Translations under genes and position numbers: made by a program
Notes under the pieces: generated by a model
What the model saw: only the letters and a program-made list of their open reading frames with translations
What the model was told of the DNA's origin: nothing
Databases searched by the model: none
Shown here: piece after piece, positions 1 through 11,670 of the stretch
How positions within the stretch are numbered: the first letter of the stretch is position 1
How the letters are laid out: each line of letters starts with the position of its first letter
Assembly: GCA_000165425.1 (NCBI GenBank)
Contig: CT868119.1
Location: 434,001-498,000 of the forward strand
Origin: Paramecium tetraurelia
Taxonomy: Eukaryota
Direction of reading: 5' to 3'
Length of the DNA: 64,000 nucleotides

Positions 1-541
1 TCTTAGATTATATCAAAAAATATTAAAACTTTGATGGAAATTTGCAAGAAAATCTACTATATATACATTTCTCTACTTTTTTAACTATTAATTTCCTATA
101 ACTATAAATTTAACTATAGAGAAAACCTTATACGAGAAGGGCATAATGATATAATTCTCTTGAGCAAATTACTATAAAATTTACCAATCTAACAGCGATG
201 ACAAAAGTATCTCAAGGATGAATAATAATTCATATTGAGATTCTCAAATTGTAAATACCTCCCATAATTACTAATCCCAAAATGATATTAATTAATTAAA
301 TCTTAGCATTATTTTCAACTCTGCCACATGATCAAGATTACGATAAATTCCTGAATTATTAGAAGATGTATTAATTACCATTCATTCTCTTTGGACAATT
401 GTGTTTACAATTAGAGTCTTAATTTAATCCTTAGTATCAAGTCAAACTAAATGAATGTAATTTCTTTGATCTTCTTTGGCTCATCTTAATATTCACTCCT
501 TAGTTATTCAAAATTTTATTAATAAATTAATTTAATATACA

Positions 542-1302
542 ATGGCTGATGAAAATCCAGATGACAATAATTTTGAATTTATCAAATTCCTTCCTGAAGG
601 TGATCAGAAGACCAAGTCTTCTAGAGATTATACTGGTAGAGGATAAGCCAAATATGCCAATAATGAAATCTATGAAGGTGAATATGTTGATGGAGTAACT
701 GTTTCAAATCTAATCCTTAGAAAAGAAATGGTAAAGGCAAATATAATTATGCTAATGGTGACCTCTACTTTGGAGATTTCATAAACAATGTCAAACATGG
801 AATTGGTAAATTAACATACAAAGAAAAGGGAGAATATTTCGGTTTCACTCCCCTTTATTATTTTAGGCTAATGGGAAAATGGTAAGAGACATGGAGAAGG
901 CATTTTTACATTTCCAAACAAGGACTAATATAGTGGATGGTGGGCATTTGGTAAAAAAGAGGGCAATGGCACATATATTTATAATGATACTGGGATGAGA
1001 GTATTTTCTAATTGTCTATTTTACATTAGTTAGTAGGGTAATGGAAAGACAACAAGTTTGTATCTGGAAGATGGGTTCTACCAAATGGTACATACTATGA
1101 AGGGGAATTCGATAATAATAAGCCAAATAAGGTTGGAATCTGGTACTTCAAGAATGGCAATAAAGTAGAAGGAACATATAATCAAAAAATAATTCCAAAT
1201 GAAGATTCTGAGGATAAGAAACTTAATATAGAAATGAAATGGGCATCTAATGGATATTTATATTAAAATGCAGATTTAGTAAATGCACATGAAAAATTCT
1301 GA
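542..1302 (+). CDS. MORN-repeat protein (radial spoke head 1-like)
   Basis: Ciliate-code translation MADENPDD...YEGEYVDG/KRNGKGKYNYANGDLYFGDFINNVKHGIG...HEKF-TGA. Repeated YxGxWxxGxxxGxG motifs. Introns at 695-720, ~842-866 and ~1001-1029. Confidence 0.88.
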
Positions 1303-1333
1303 ATTATCATATTAATATAGGAGATTCTTATAA

Positions 1334-2871
1334 TCATTCATTATATAATTTTAATTATTCCTAAATTATATGAAAGGAATTACATTTTTTCTATTAATTC
1401 TAATATTATCAGTATCTAGAACATGCTTTTCTATGTTTTCATCTTTTTCAAATCCAAAGTTCAATACAAAATTGTTTGATTTTGACGGACTCTCCCTACC
1501 TTTTAGTGTAGGTGATGCTATGGTTTCAGGCAATCTTCTATCAAATAAACATAATTGTAATATCTCTAATAACATGGCAGCAAATGTCAACACTAATTCA
1601 GGTATGCAGAGGGGCATTAATTATTCATCAATGATATCCCTCATATAAACAAGATTCAGTATATTTGACCAATCAGTGCATTTCTAAAGAATAACCATAA
1701 GACATTATTACATTTTCAATATAAGAATGCATGGTATTTCTAAAATGAGCCAGAAATCCCAATTTAGTACCAACGATAGATAAATGTGCCATATGAAGGA
1801 GAATGAGGAATGTTGTAGGACAATAGAATTTCCAAGTAACCTTATAAATTTTGTGTTTAAATATGCCCTTTCTAGTTAAATTTTGTATGATTGCAGAATG
1901 AAATATTGCTCCAAAACCCATTAAAAAGCCTAGATCAATTTAATTAAGAATTACCTGCCATAATGAGAGCAATCAAAAATACAAGTTGAATGTAATTGTC
2001 TCTGAAATTGGAGACATCAATCTATTTAATGGTACAATTATATTCTGTAAACTTTTAACCAAAAAGACCAAACTTAGGTGTTTCAGGGAAATACTCTAAT
2101 CCAGGCAAATTCTCATATGGGTATTCATTTTCTTCAAATAATAAATACTAATCAAATTCATCTATGAACGCATATTCTGATGATTAAATCACACATTTAT
2201 AGGCTGATTCTAATAATGGATATTGATTAATTGAGTCTCCATCCTCGTAGCAAACATCGATTCCATAGCTTAATGTGAAATTGAAATATGATTGGGTAAG
2301 ATTTTCTTTGGAGATTAAGTCTGCATAGTTTCCACAAGCATTTTATTCATTTTTAGTTTAGCAAACTCCTTTACAAATAGACGTGCAGTTTTTTTCATAA
2401 AATAATTCTCTGTATGTATATTCAGATCTTCTTCCACAAATAGAATATCCCTTCCAGATTCCAAAATCTTATGAGTTGATAGATGCTATTTCATCACATC
2501 CCTCATCAATATCGGAAGACTAACAATGTTCACTTTTCAATTTATCATAATCAATTTCACCATTCTCATCTTCTTCTCCAAAGCCACAGTCACATCCTTA
2601 TTATTTGCTTAGTATAAATACCACTTGAGGTTTCAGGATAACTGTATTCAAAGAATGTTTCAAGATTGGATGGACATTTTGAATCGTTTATTTTTTGAAT
2701 TTCAACAATTGGTTTAAATTCCCAGTTATCATATAGATTTCTATCCATTTAGTAGTGATTTATGTATAGAATCAAGGCCAATGGGAAGATCACACACTCT
2801 ATAAGGAAATTGAGATATTGAACAGATGCAGCAAAGTGAGTGGATTTCCAATAACTAGGTTTTTGCTTCAT
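1334..2871 (-). CDS. Multi-pass membrane protein with Cys-rich extracellular region
   Basis: MKQKPSYW..., an N-terminal TM, a Cys-rich loop (CDCG..., CGRRS, CKGVC) and C-terminal TMs. About 4 tiny introns join track ORFs 1673-1921 and 1366-1617. Confidence 0.7.
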
Positions 2872-2895
2872 TAAATAAAATATTATAATTATATA

Positions 2896-3421
2896 TCATG
2901 TACTTACATTTACTAATTTTTCCATTGCGAATAATATTTTCTTGGAGGACTTGTAATGTTTTTAGGGATCAATTAACAATTCGCATATTCGTTGCAATGT
3001 AAAAGGTGGCCTGGTATATTAAATGGAGAATAATATACTTTTATTCAAAAACACAGAGGAATTGGAGCACTATATCTAATTCATCCTCGAAGCCTTCATT
3101 CTGAGCAGTCTTTTCATAAGGGAACAGCTTTTGCATATTTAATAACATATCTCTGGTTGTGATGACAATAAGTGATCTCAAATAGAGCCAGTTATATTTT
3201 TGAATTTCGCCGTTCTGAGAGATAGATTCTAATATTGGTTTCAGCTGGCTCATTAAATTATTGATTTGAATGGGTATATCCTTGAAGTATTAAATGAGGT
3301 CTTTTACTTTCTTGATCCGAATTCCTTATTGGATTTAACTGACAATCTCTTGGGTTTGCTCATAGAAATCTTTGAGTTGGTTCTAATAGTCATGTTGAAT
3401 CATTTCTTTATTTTCATTCAT
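2896..3421 (-). CDS. PPP4R2: Protein phosphatase 4 regulatory subunit 2-like (PPP4R2 domain)
   Basis: After one intron the C-terminus reads PPFTLQRICELLIDPQKHYKSSKKILFAMEKLVNVST-TGA, matching the PPP4R2 signature PFTxQRxCELL. Confidence 0.85.
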
Positions 3422-3445
3422 TTTATTTAATTAATTAATATATAA

Positions 3446-3548
3446 GGCATAGTTGAAGTATAAACTAGGGGTGTTGATTCTAGGGAGAATGAATGCAATT
3501 CTTATAGACTCAATCCCCTAAAATCAATATGCTCAGAAAAATCTAACA
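3446..3548 (+). ncRNA. Candidate structured ncRNA (H/ACA-like single hairpin)
   Basis: ~31-bp imperfect stem-loop with an internal loop, followed by AGAAAA (ANANNA) and then ACA. G-U pairs favour the + strand. Confidence 0.4.
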
Positions 3549-3567
3549 ATATTAATTAAAAATAAAG

Positions 3568-4271
3568 ATGAATCCAATTTAATAAGCATGGTTAAAAATC
3601 CTGAACCCAGTATCTGTAGTGATCAACGAGAAGCTGGCCAAAAGATCAGGATTATTGGGTAAGATTGGAAGATTCTTCCTCATTGGCCCAAGAGAATTTG
3701 GATTTCATCCTACAAACTAAATGTTCATTTATTTCAACAGAAGAGTGCTCTTTGCAACAGCCTTCATGGGTCACAAATACTCAGTCTTAAAGTAACTAAC
3801 ACCAATATGTTTACAATAGAGGACTCACTCATTAAGGATATCATATGTTGAGACCAATGAGAGCAGCTGTATTCTTGGGACCAATTGCAGTTTTGGCAGG
3901 TCTATTTAGATTGGTCTACTATTCCTCTGAAAACAGATCCTACTAGTATGCAATATTATTTGGATAGTTAGTCCTGATAATTTGGATTACGTGATGAAGA
4001 AAGCCACTAATGCATTACATTTTCCATTGAACACTTTGAATCAAAGATTATCAGCACATTACACAGAGATAAGTTCTATTTATACAGCTGAAATGATGAA
4101 GAGAGTAATAATCTATTATTATTCAAATCTTAGTATCATAAATAACATGCCAAAATAATCAAGGAGAGATCAATACAATCAGAACATGTTAAGAAAACTA
4201 AATATGCGGATCCATCATATAAATATGTCCCAATGACTCCAGTCCACATTGAAGATTTAAAACTCGCTTGA
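3568..4271 (+). CDS. Ciliate mitochondrial ATP synthase Fo subunit (i/j-like)
   Basis: MNPIQQAWLKILNPVSVVINEKLAKRSGLLGKIGRFFLIGPREFGFHP...LNQRLSAHYTEISSIYTAEMMKR/YHK...KTKYADPSYKY. It closely resembles the Tetrahymena ATP synthase subunit I recall as i/j (from memory). Three tiny introns. Confidence 0.72.
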
Positions 4272-4290
4272 GATAAATAATAAAAATATA

Positions 4291-5640
4291 ATGTTAACAA
4301 TCTTTGATGAGTTTTATAATAATAAAAATATCCCTGACTTCCTTGATGATGATGGCATACTCATGAATAAGGAGAATAACATCCAATTGAAAGAATTGTA
4401 AGCACATTTATAAATTACTTCCAAATTAGTTTAGTCAATAATGAAGACTTAGTAACACAGATGCTCTCCTTTTTCGAGTATGATGAATTAGAAACTGATC
4501 ACAAACGTGTAATCAAATATCCTTTTGTCGTAAGCGAATTGTTAGGATCACTTTATGCTCTAAATGCAAATCATCTGAATTTCCTGATCCAATTGTTGAA
4601 TTCACATAATAGTCTGCCTTCCATCACAATTGGATACATAAGTAAAGTCATTATGAATGTTCTTAAACACAATCCATGTTTTGTAATCATATATCTTAAC
4701 AATTTAGTTTTGGTAAAATGTCTAATTGCCATAATTGGGTATTTTACTGCAAGATATCAATAATTATGCTATAGCTGAATTAATCTATTCTATGATTATA
4801 TATTAAACATAGGACAATCAATTGGACTATTTGAAATAAAGAATGGAATTGGTCAATTGCTTATTGAATGATATCAATACTGACAGAAGTGAGGGCATTT
4901 CCAATGTCATCTGCATGTTATTACAACAAATTACTGAAACCCTCCAAGAATAGAAATCCCTCATTATTAAACATCTATTTACTAAATTAGACATCTTTTT
5001 ATCTGCTTTGCCTTATAGACCATAACCAATTTTAAGTATCCTCATTAATCTTATTAAACATCAATAATATTATGAATCTGAAGTCAATTAAATTTACAAT
5101 CATTTTCTTGAAAGATCCAAAGAATTATTTGATGATTTGCTTAAAAACAGTGGTTCTTTTGGTCAAAATAATCTCTCATACATTCAATTTTATGATGTCT
5201 TGACCAATTAAACTTATATTTTACAGAATATCAATGCCTAACATTTAGAGATTGCATTGTTTGTATAATATTATTATATATATAGCAACTAATTCAAAAG
5301 TATCAATTTCATAATCAATTACACAAATACGCAACAAGTATCATCCTTAAATTAATTCCATAAACTGACTCTCAATAATTACTTTAAATTGCCCTTTCTG
5401 AGTTTAAGTATTTAAAATTTATAATATAGGATTAAACCAATAAAGGAAAATAGAGGATATGTGGTTTAGATAATTAACAAAATAATTGAAGTGAATTTTA
5501 ATCTACAAATTTAAGAAGAAGAGTTACAAAATATAAATTCAATTCAAAATAATTATTTTTTTGGATAGATTCCTGATTAGAAACCTACATTCAATTTACA
5601 AGAAGAGTTTGAAGCAGCAATGAATAAATTATAAATATGA
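4291..5640 (+). CDS. SIT4/PP6 phosphatase-associated (SAPS-like) protein
   Basis: MLTIFDEF...FLDDDGIL...KRVIKYPFVVSELL resembles the SAPS N-terminal motif. Helical-repeat body with tiny introns; ends INI-TGA. Confidence 0.62.
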
Positions 5641-5642
5641 AA

Positions 5643-6410
5643 TCATTAAATTTGGTCTTCATCTTCATCAGAACTACTTGGCATATCATAATTCTTTTAT
5701 CCAGTATTCTCCTTCTTTTAAGCCATTTCCAAATACTTTAATTCAGCTACTTTCAATTCCTTATCATTCTGACATTCAGCATAGAGATCAAAAGCCTCTT
5801 TGTTTATCTTGAAGAAGTTCTCTCCCCAAGTGAATTTACTAAGAATGTAATCTGCTTATTCTCTGCGACCACATAGGGCTAATGTAGCTGCAATAGCTTC
5901 AACACAAGACAATTTGAATTGTTTCCCAAAATTAACTGGATTCACTGCTACCATATGAGGTAATAATCTTTCATTGGGAGACACATAAGTAATTTCTTCT
6001 ACCTTTGCCCATGAGCAATCAATCACACAAATCCCTTTTTATAATAATTCCTCATCTTCTTTTGATACGTACTTCTTCCCATTTGCACTTACTATGATTC
6101 CTTAGAATTTCACTTTTGGCTTAATTGCTGTCAATAATTTAAATCTTTCCATTTTTCTACCTGTGCATTTCTTGACATCGCATTAACCATAATCAATCAT
6201 AAACAATTTAATATCATTCAATCTTTCTTCTTTCTTAGTTATTTATTATTAATCTTCATCTTCACTTTCATCTTGACTGTTACTCTATTAATTATCTATT
6301 TATTGCAATTGATGCAATGTTATTTGCTATTGATGACCCTATTATTGTTTCTAGTCTCTTTTGTCTGATCTTGCTTTTTTCCAATTTTAGTACCTCTATT
6401 TATTGTTCAT
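5643..6410 (-). CDS. TSR3: 18S rRNA aminocarboxypropyltransferase Tsr3
   Basis: Intronless. Motifs MIDYGQCDVKKCTGRKM, VIDCSWAKV, RLLPHMVAVNPVNFGKQFKLSCVEAIAA and FTWGENFFKIN. Confidence 0.95.
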
Positions 6411-6445
6411 TAATTATTTTTAATAAAAAAAAGTCTAAAATATAC

Positions 6446-6981
6446 ATGAAGGCAAATCGATTTATTATCCATAATCCTACCATTGAATCTTACCAATTGG
6501 AAGAGTATTACAATCATTTCAAAAGGATGGAGGAGATCGATAAAGAAAAAATGAATATTTATAAAAGTATAGAGTCCAATAAGTCGGCATCTAATTACAG
6601 ATTTCTTATGTTACAACAAACATCCAAATTTAATAAACAACAATAATAGAATGCTCAAGATCGTCTTCAAAAAGTACTGTTCACAATATTTTACATAAGT
6701 TACTTGATAATAAAATCGAAAGGATAAAAGTGAGAGATAATCCATATGTCAATTAAACTAGATTAAGAGGTATATCTTAAGTTGATCTAAAAAGTCCAAA
6801 CATTAGTTTCAATAGTTCTTTAGAGAATCTCAACTTAATTAAAAAGCTCTAAACTCTTAAACCCAACATCTCTAAAAAAGATCTGGATTGCCATTATGAG
6901 AAATAAAAGGAATATGGGAGTAGACTAAGAAAACTACCCAAACTTCCAGATTTAGACAAAAAGAATCACTATTTTTTTTGA
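6446..6981 (+). CDS. Small basic protein, CFAP97/Hemingway-like
   Basis: MKANRFII...YYNHFKRMEEI...ENLNLIKKLQTLKPNISKKDLDCHYEKQKEY; one intron. The family call is tentative. Confidence 0.45.
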
Positions 6982-6996
6982 TTTGTATAATTTAAA

Positions 6997-8107
6997 TCAG
7001 TCAAACTAATTCTAAAACTCTTCCAAGGAATCCTACTCTGAGTTATTGTCATCCTATTATAATGATTTAATCTGGATATTGAATTTTTCATTCAATCCCA
7101 AAATCCTGTTGTATAATTCCCCATTTTCTTATTACACATTAGTTTAAAACTATTAACTTAATGTTGGATTTTCCTTATTAAAAGCAATCCAAAATTTCTC
7201 CAAGTTTTAATCACTCACATAATTCTGAGTTACAGCAATACTATCTTCAACATTCAATACAGCATGCCACCATCCATTTGGAACATAAACAGTTTCATGT
7301 TCACTCTAAATGAAATCATAATATTTAATATTTTATTAATCGCAGTGCTTCTTCACCAAAGGAACTATGATACTAAAATAATCAATTGGATTATTAATAT
7401 TCTCTAAGATATCCTTGCTAATTAATGATTTTCCTATGATTTTAATTTCAATCAAACATACCTTTAATAATATTCTTATCAATAGAAGGTGGAAACATAA
7501 CCCATCTTTTCTTCCCTAAAACAACGCAATTCCAAGCAGAGGTTTCATAGGGATCTATATGAATCATTGATCCTGATTGCTTAGGACTAATATATCAATT
7601 GATTTACCCACATAAAATCCATCTATATTATGGTCTTCTCTACTTCAAGTAGGCTAGGTAGTCTTATGGAAATAAGTATGGTATCTTGTATTAATTTAAC
7701 ATTTTTTGGGGAATGTCTCCATCAAATATATATAAGGGGTTGTAATCAGTATTGTTCTAAAAATATTGAATGTATTGATCAAATCTCAATTTCAAATAGT
7801 TGCCATCATCATCTATGGCACACCTGAAATAACATTCCTTATAATTTTAAATTAGATAATCCCAATCCCAATTTTCCCAATCCTTGTCCAACCCTGTGAT
7901 AATTACTGGAACCTTAGAGTCGTAATGGGTTTAAAAATCTACAAGAGACAAATCAGAATCGAGTTTGATTGGGGATTCCTCAACCTTTTCTAGCAATAAA
8001 TCATTGAATCTTAATTGATATTGATTTGATGATCTCTGTTAATATTTAAGGAAGGTCTTCAATTCATCAATATTCTTGAATTCAAATTATTTTTATGATT
8101 GGTTCAT
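6997..8107 (-). CDS. JmjC-domain dioxygenase, JMJD6-like
   Basis: Motifs [21 protein letters not shown]...[10 protein letters not shown] and [27 protein letters not shown] give the HxD...H iron triad. Confidence 0.9.
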
Positions 8108-8190
8108 AAATAAAAAAATAATGAATGTACCTTTATTGGATCTGATGATTATATTTATATTTATTAAAAACTACAATTAAGTTCCGTTAA

Positions 8191-9296
8191 ATGAATTAAG
8201 CCTCAAGTTCTCACTCCAGAAACCTTTATAATTATAATGGAAGTGCCTATTCAACAGACAGCATGAGAGTGTATAGTAAATCTCCTAAAAATGCGTAATA
8301 ATACAATAATCGATATTAACCCTGTATTTATTCCACAATGAGCAATATTTAAAACTTACAATCTCTCAAAAACCAAATATCTTAATTATAATCTGTTTTA
8401 ACTCAATAACATCGAAAAAGTAGTTTCACAAGATCTAAAGCAGACTCCTCAGCAAATATTTCAAATGATAGATCCTTCTACACCATGATTAAGGAATAGC
8501 TGAAATAGGTGAACAATTTATAAACCCTTGAAAAAGATCAGAACAATTAAAATATCAATCAAACTACTCAATAACCAAAAAAGGATTAAGTAATAAACAA
8601 TAAGAAGTTCGAACAAGATACAGAAAAACAGTCTAAAAACATTACTCCTTAAGGTAGTGCTGTGAAGAATGCAAGCATCCTAAAAGATACCACAAATAAT
8701 GTGATTAAGAGTGAAAAATAATAAGCATTAAGGCAATTGCTATATCCAGTGAGTGAAACTAAAGGAGAAAGAAATACAAGGACAAATAATACATTAGAAG
8801 AGTAGCTTCGAGTGAGACTTCAAGAAAAGTTGACTTATTTGGAATAGAATAAATAAGATAAAATGACTAAATTGGTTTAAGGTACAATCTATTAATCAAT
8901 TTGATAGAATTTAAGAATTCAAAGAAATTATTAGAGGAAGACTATTAGAATTAGGTTTAGAATGAGATTTAAATTTTTGAAAGGAAACTCAGAAAATTGA
9001 TGATGTCATAAAATAAGGATAAGAAGCTAAAAAGACTTAAAAAAAGTAGTTTGTTATTGAATTCTAAATTAAATCAAGAGTCACCTTGTATGGTATTGTT
9101 TGCAATAATTTGAATAGCTTAGAGCTCATCATAATCATCAGAAAATGAAATTAGAAGTTCCTACAATTTAATGAACACTTTCAAAAGATCAGATAGAACC
9201 CAATTAGTCAGTAGTTTTAAAAAAGATTGTAAAATTTTGAATTACTCTAATGATAGCTTCCTTAAATAAGGATAAAAAGCAGAAGGTTCGATTTGA
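8191..9296 (+). CDS. Hypothetical coiled-coil/low-complexity protein
   Basis: MNQASSSHSRNLYNY... stays open in the ciliate code across two tiny introns (~8882-8908, ~9088-9117). Confidence 0.6.
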
Positions 9297-9395
9297 AAAT
9301 GAATAGGGCACACGCTTTAAAACAGAAACGGAAAATAATTGATTTGAAGTTAGAAACATAAATATATTTTTTTTATAATTTATTTAAAAAACCAA

Positions 9396-10446
9396 ATGGG
9401 ATAGTTATACAGCTTTGTTCAAGATAATAAAAAAATTGTTGGCATAACTGCAGTTGCAGCTTTAGGGTAAGAATTGATTCATTATAAGGGCAACAGCGAC
9501 AGTGGTTTATAATAAGAGAAAACAATATTTAAGTTAGAGTGATATTTTTAAAACACCAAAACAACTTGATGATGAATATTTTCCTGCTAAAAGACCAGCA
9601 TATTATTATGAAGACAGAGAAGATACTTTAAATACAAGAATAACGAGACCAGGAAAAATAGATCAAATTATTGATTCTATTAATGTTAACTATATCCCAA
9701 ATTCTGAATGCTTAGAACCCTAAACAATTGTTGACATACTCTAAAATACCATAGAACTAGCAGGAGATGAGTTTATTCGAATGACACAAAAAAATAGGAC
9801 TTAAAGAAGATAATTTAAAGAAAATTAAAAATTAAATTAATACCGATACTAAATTATTAAATATAATGAAGACTTAGAAGAACTATTAGAAAAGGCATAA
9901 GCAGAGTTATTAACTAGATTAGATATTAATAAAAATATTTTTGAAGAAAGCATGCTAGTTCTAATGGAAAGAGGGTTTTTTCAATAATTATATATGTTAT
10001 AAGCAAGTGTCAAATAAAAAATAAAAGAAAAAATACCCTCGAAAAAAGATTTATCTCTAAAATAAATTAAAGAAATCATAAAGTTCAATATTAGAATATT
10101 GAAAGAGCAGCCAGATCCTTTTAAAAGTATTATTTCTTTTATGATTGTAATCAATATATAATACTTCATAGAATAAGCAAGATTAAAAAGATTATATTCC
10201 TAATGTAATAAGTTTGTTGGTTCAGGATTTTATCTATTAAAAATATAAGATTGAGGAAGAAGATCAAATAAGAAATATTTCTAAACCAGGTATAAGTCAT
10301 GAATTTAAATATATTTAGAATGTATGGGTGATCCTGAAATTCTGCACCTATTGGGTGAGATAGAAAATACCATGTAAGAATTGATGCAAGATTTGGGATT
10401 AGGAGGATTAGATTCTATTCCAGATAATTTTGAAAATTTTGCGTGA
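9396..10446 (+). CDS. N-terminally anchored protein with an unnamed helical domain (shared with 58302-62838)
   Basis: MGQLYSFVQDNKKIVGITAVAALG/ATATVVYNKRK (TM followed by a basic stretch), then LEPQTIVDILQNTIELAGDEF...QDFIYQKYKIEEEDQI. Confidence 0.7.
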
Positions 10447-10697
10447 ATATTTATATTTATTTATTTAGAGGAAACAAGAAATAAATATTATTATAAATTG
10501 TAACAGTTCAAATAAAAAGATGTTCTTTTAAATTCACTTGCTTTTTGAAAGTTCTTCAAGTTTATATCTACATTATTATGAGTAAACGATAGCATTATAT
10601 AATTAAACTCTTTCATATATTATTCGTTAAAGAATGAAAAATAAAGAAACTAACTAAATCTCAGATCAATTTAACTTAATTGGACTCGCTCATAATA

Positions 10698-11066
10698 TCA
10701 AAACATTGTGCAAAAAGGGCAACAGTTTTCTTTCTCTTCCTCTTAGATATCATTTGAATTATATTCTTTCCAACTTTCTACATAATATATTTGGCATAAT
10801 TCATTGCTAAATGTAATTTTATGTGCTTTGGACTTTTTAAGTATTGGTTAACCTGTAGAATCAAGACGAACTTTCTTTTATGAATTGGATTTTTGATCAG
10901 AAGAGAGCTATCCTTTAGATTTAAATTAGGATGATAATTAATCTTTTTAGGTTGTTTCAATGCTCTCTGATTAGTATTTATTTAATTGAGTTTGCTCCTT
11001 AATATTGAAAGGGATTTCTATCAATTTTCGATCCGTTTCATCCTAAGGTTGTGGATAAATTTACAT
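10698..11066 (-). CDS. Small protein with ILKK/KITF motifs and a Cys-rich CaaX-like C-terminus
   Basis: 122 aa, intronless: ...RLDSTGQPILKKSKAHKITFSNELCQIYYVESWKEYN...ENCCPFCTMF-TGA. Confidence 0.75.
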
Positions 11067-11670
11067 AACAAATGTGATGATTATTAATAAAATATCTATA
11101 TATTATACTATAAATAAAACATTATTAATCATCATAAAGAATAATAATAATGATAATTTCCAGTTCCTAATGTCATGAAAATTGAAATAATAATTGATAA
11201 AGAGAGTGTAGGATTGTATATAAAGATGGGGAAGAGAACTAAAATGGTTTATTTTAAAATTCTTTATTTTTGAATATAAATCCAAATCTTTAGTTGATTC
11301 AATATTATTTAAATGTTAAATAATTGTAAATAAAATTTATAAAACCATATTAAATAACTTAAACGAGTTGATTAGCATATGATTCTAAACATTCACCATA
11401 TTTTGGAAATAGTAAATTAAGGAGGATTTGCAAAATAATACTGAATCAGGGATAGTGATTAAATGAAATTGGCATTAAGACATAATTTCTGATATTGTTA
11501 TAGTTATAAAAAAGAGGTCGGAAAAATTAAAGTAAATTAAAAAATAATATCAATATTGCGAAGAATAATTACGTTTAAATGGATGATAATGAAGTATTGT
11601 TAAATACATCAACATTCGACATTGAGTTGAAGCTATATTTATTCAATTCGATATTTTTTTAATAATAAAT

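Noticed and set aside
1..540. Partial gene at the window start
   Set aside because: Protein-like frames exist on both strands, but each contains TGAs or lacks a start; the strand and structure could not be resolved.
1370..1648. Track ORFs such as 1370-1648, 30237-30497, 46341-46652 and 59853-60164
   Set aside because: They are antisense shadows of real genes on the opposite strand, produced by the wrong genetic code.
8121..8190. ATG 13 bp from the JMJD6-like start
   Set aside because: The frame from ATG 8191 has far more typical composition and continues through the gene, so 8121 is probably not a start.
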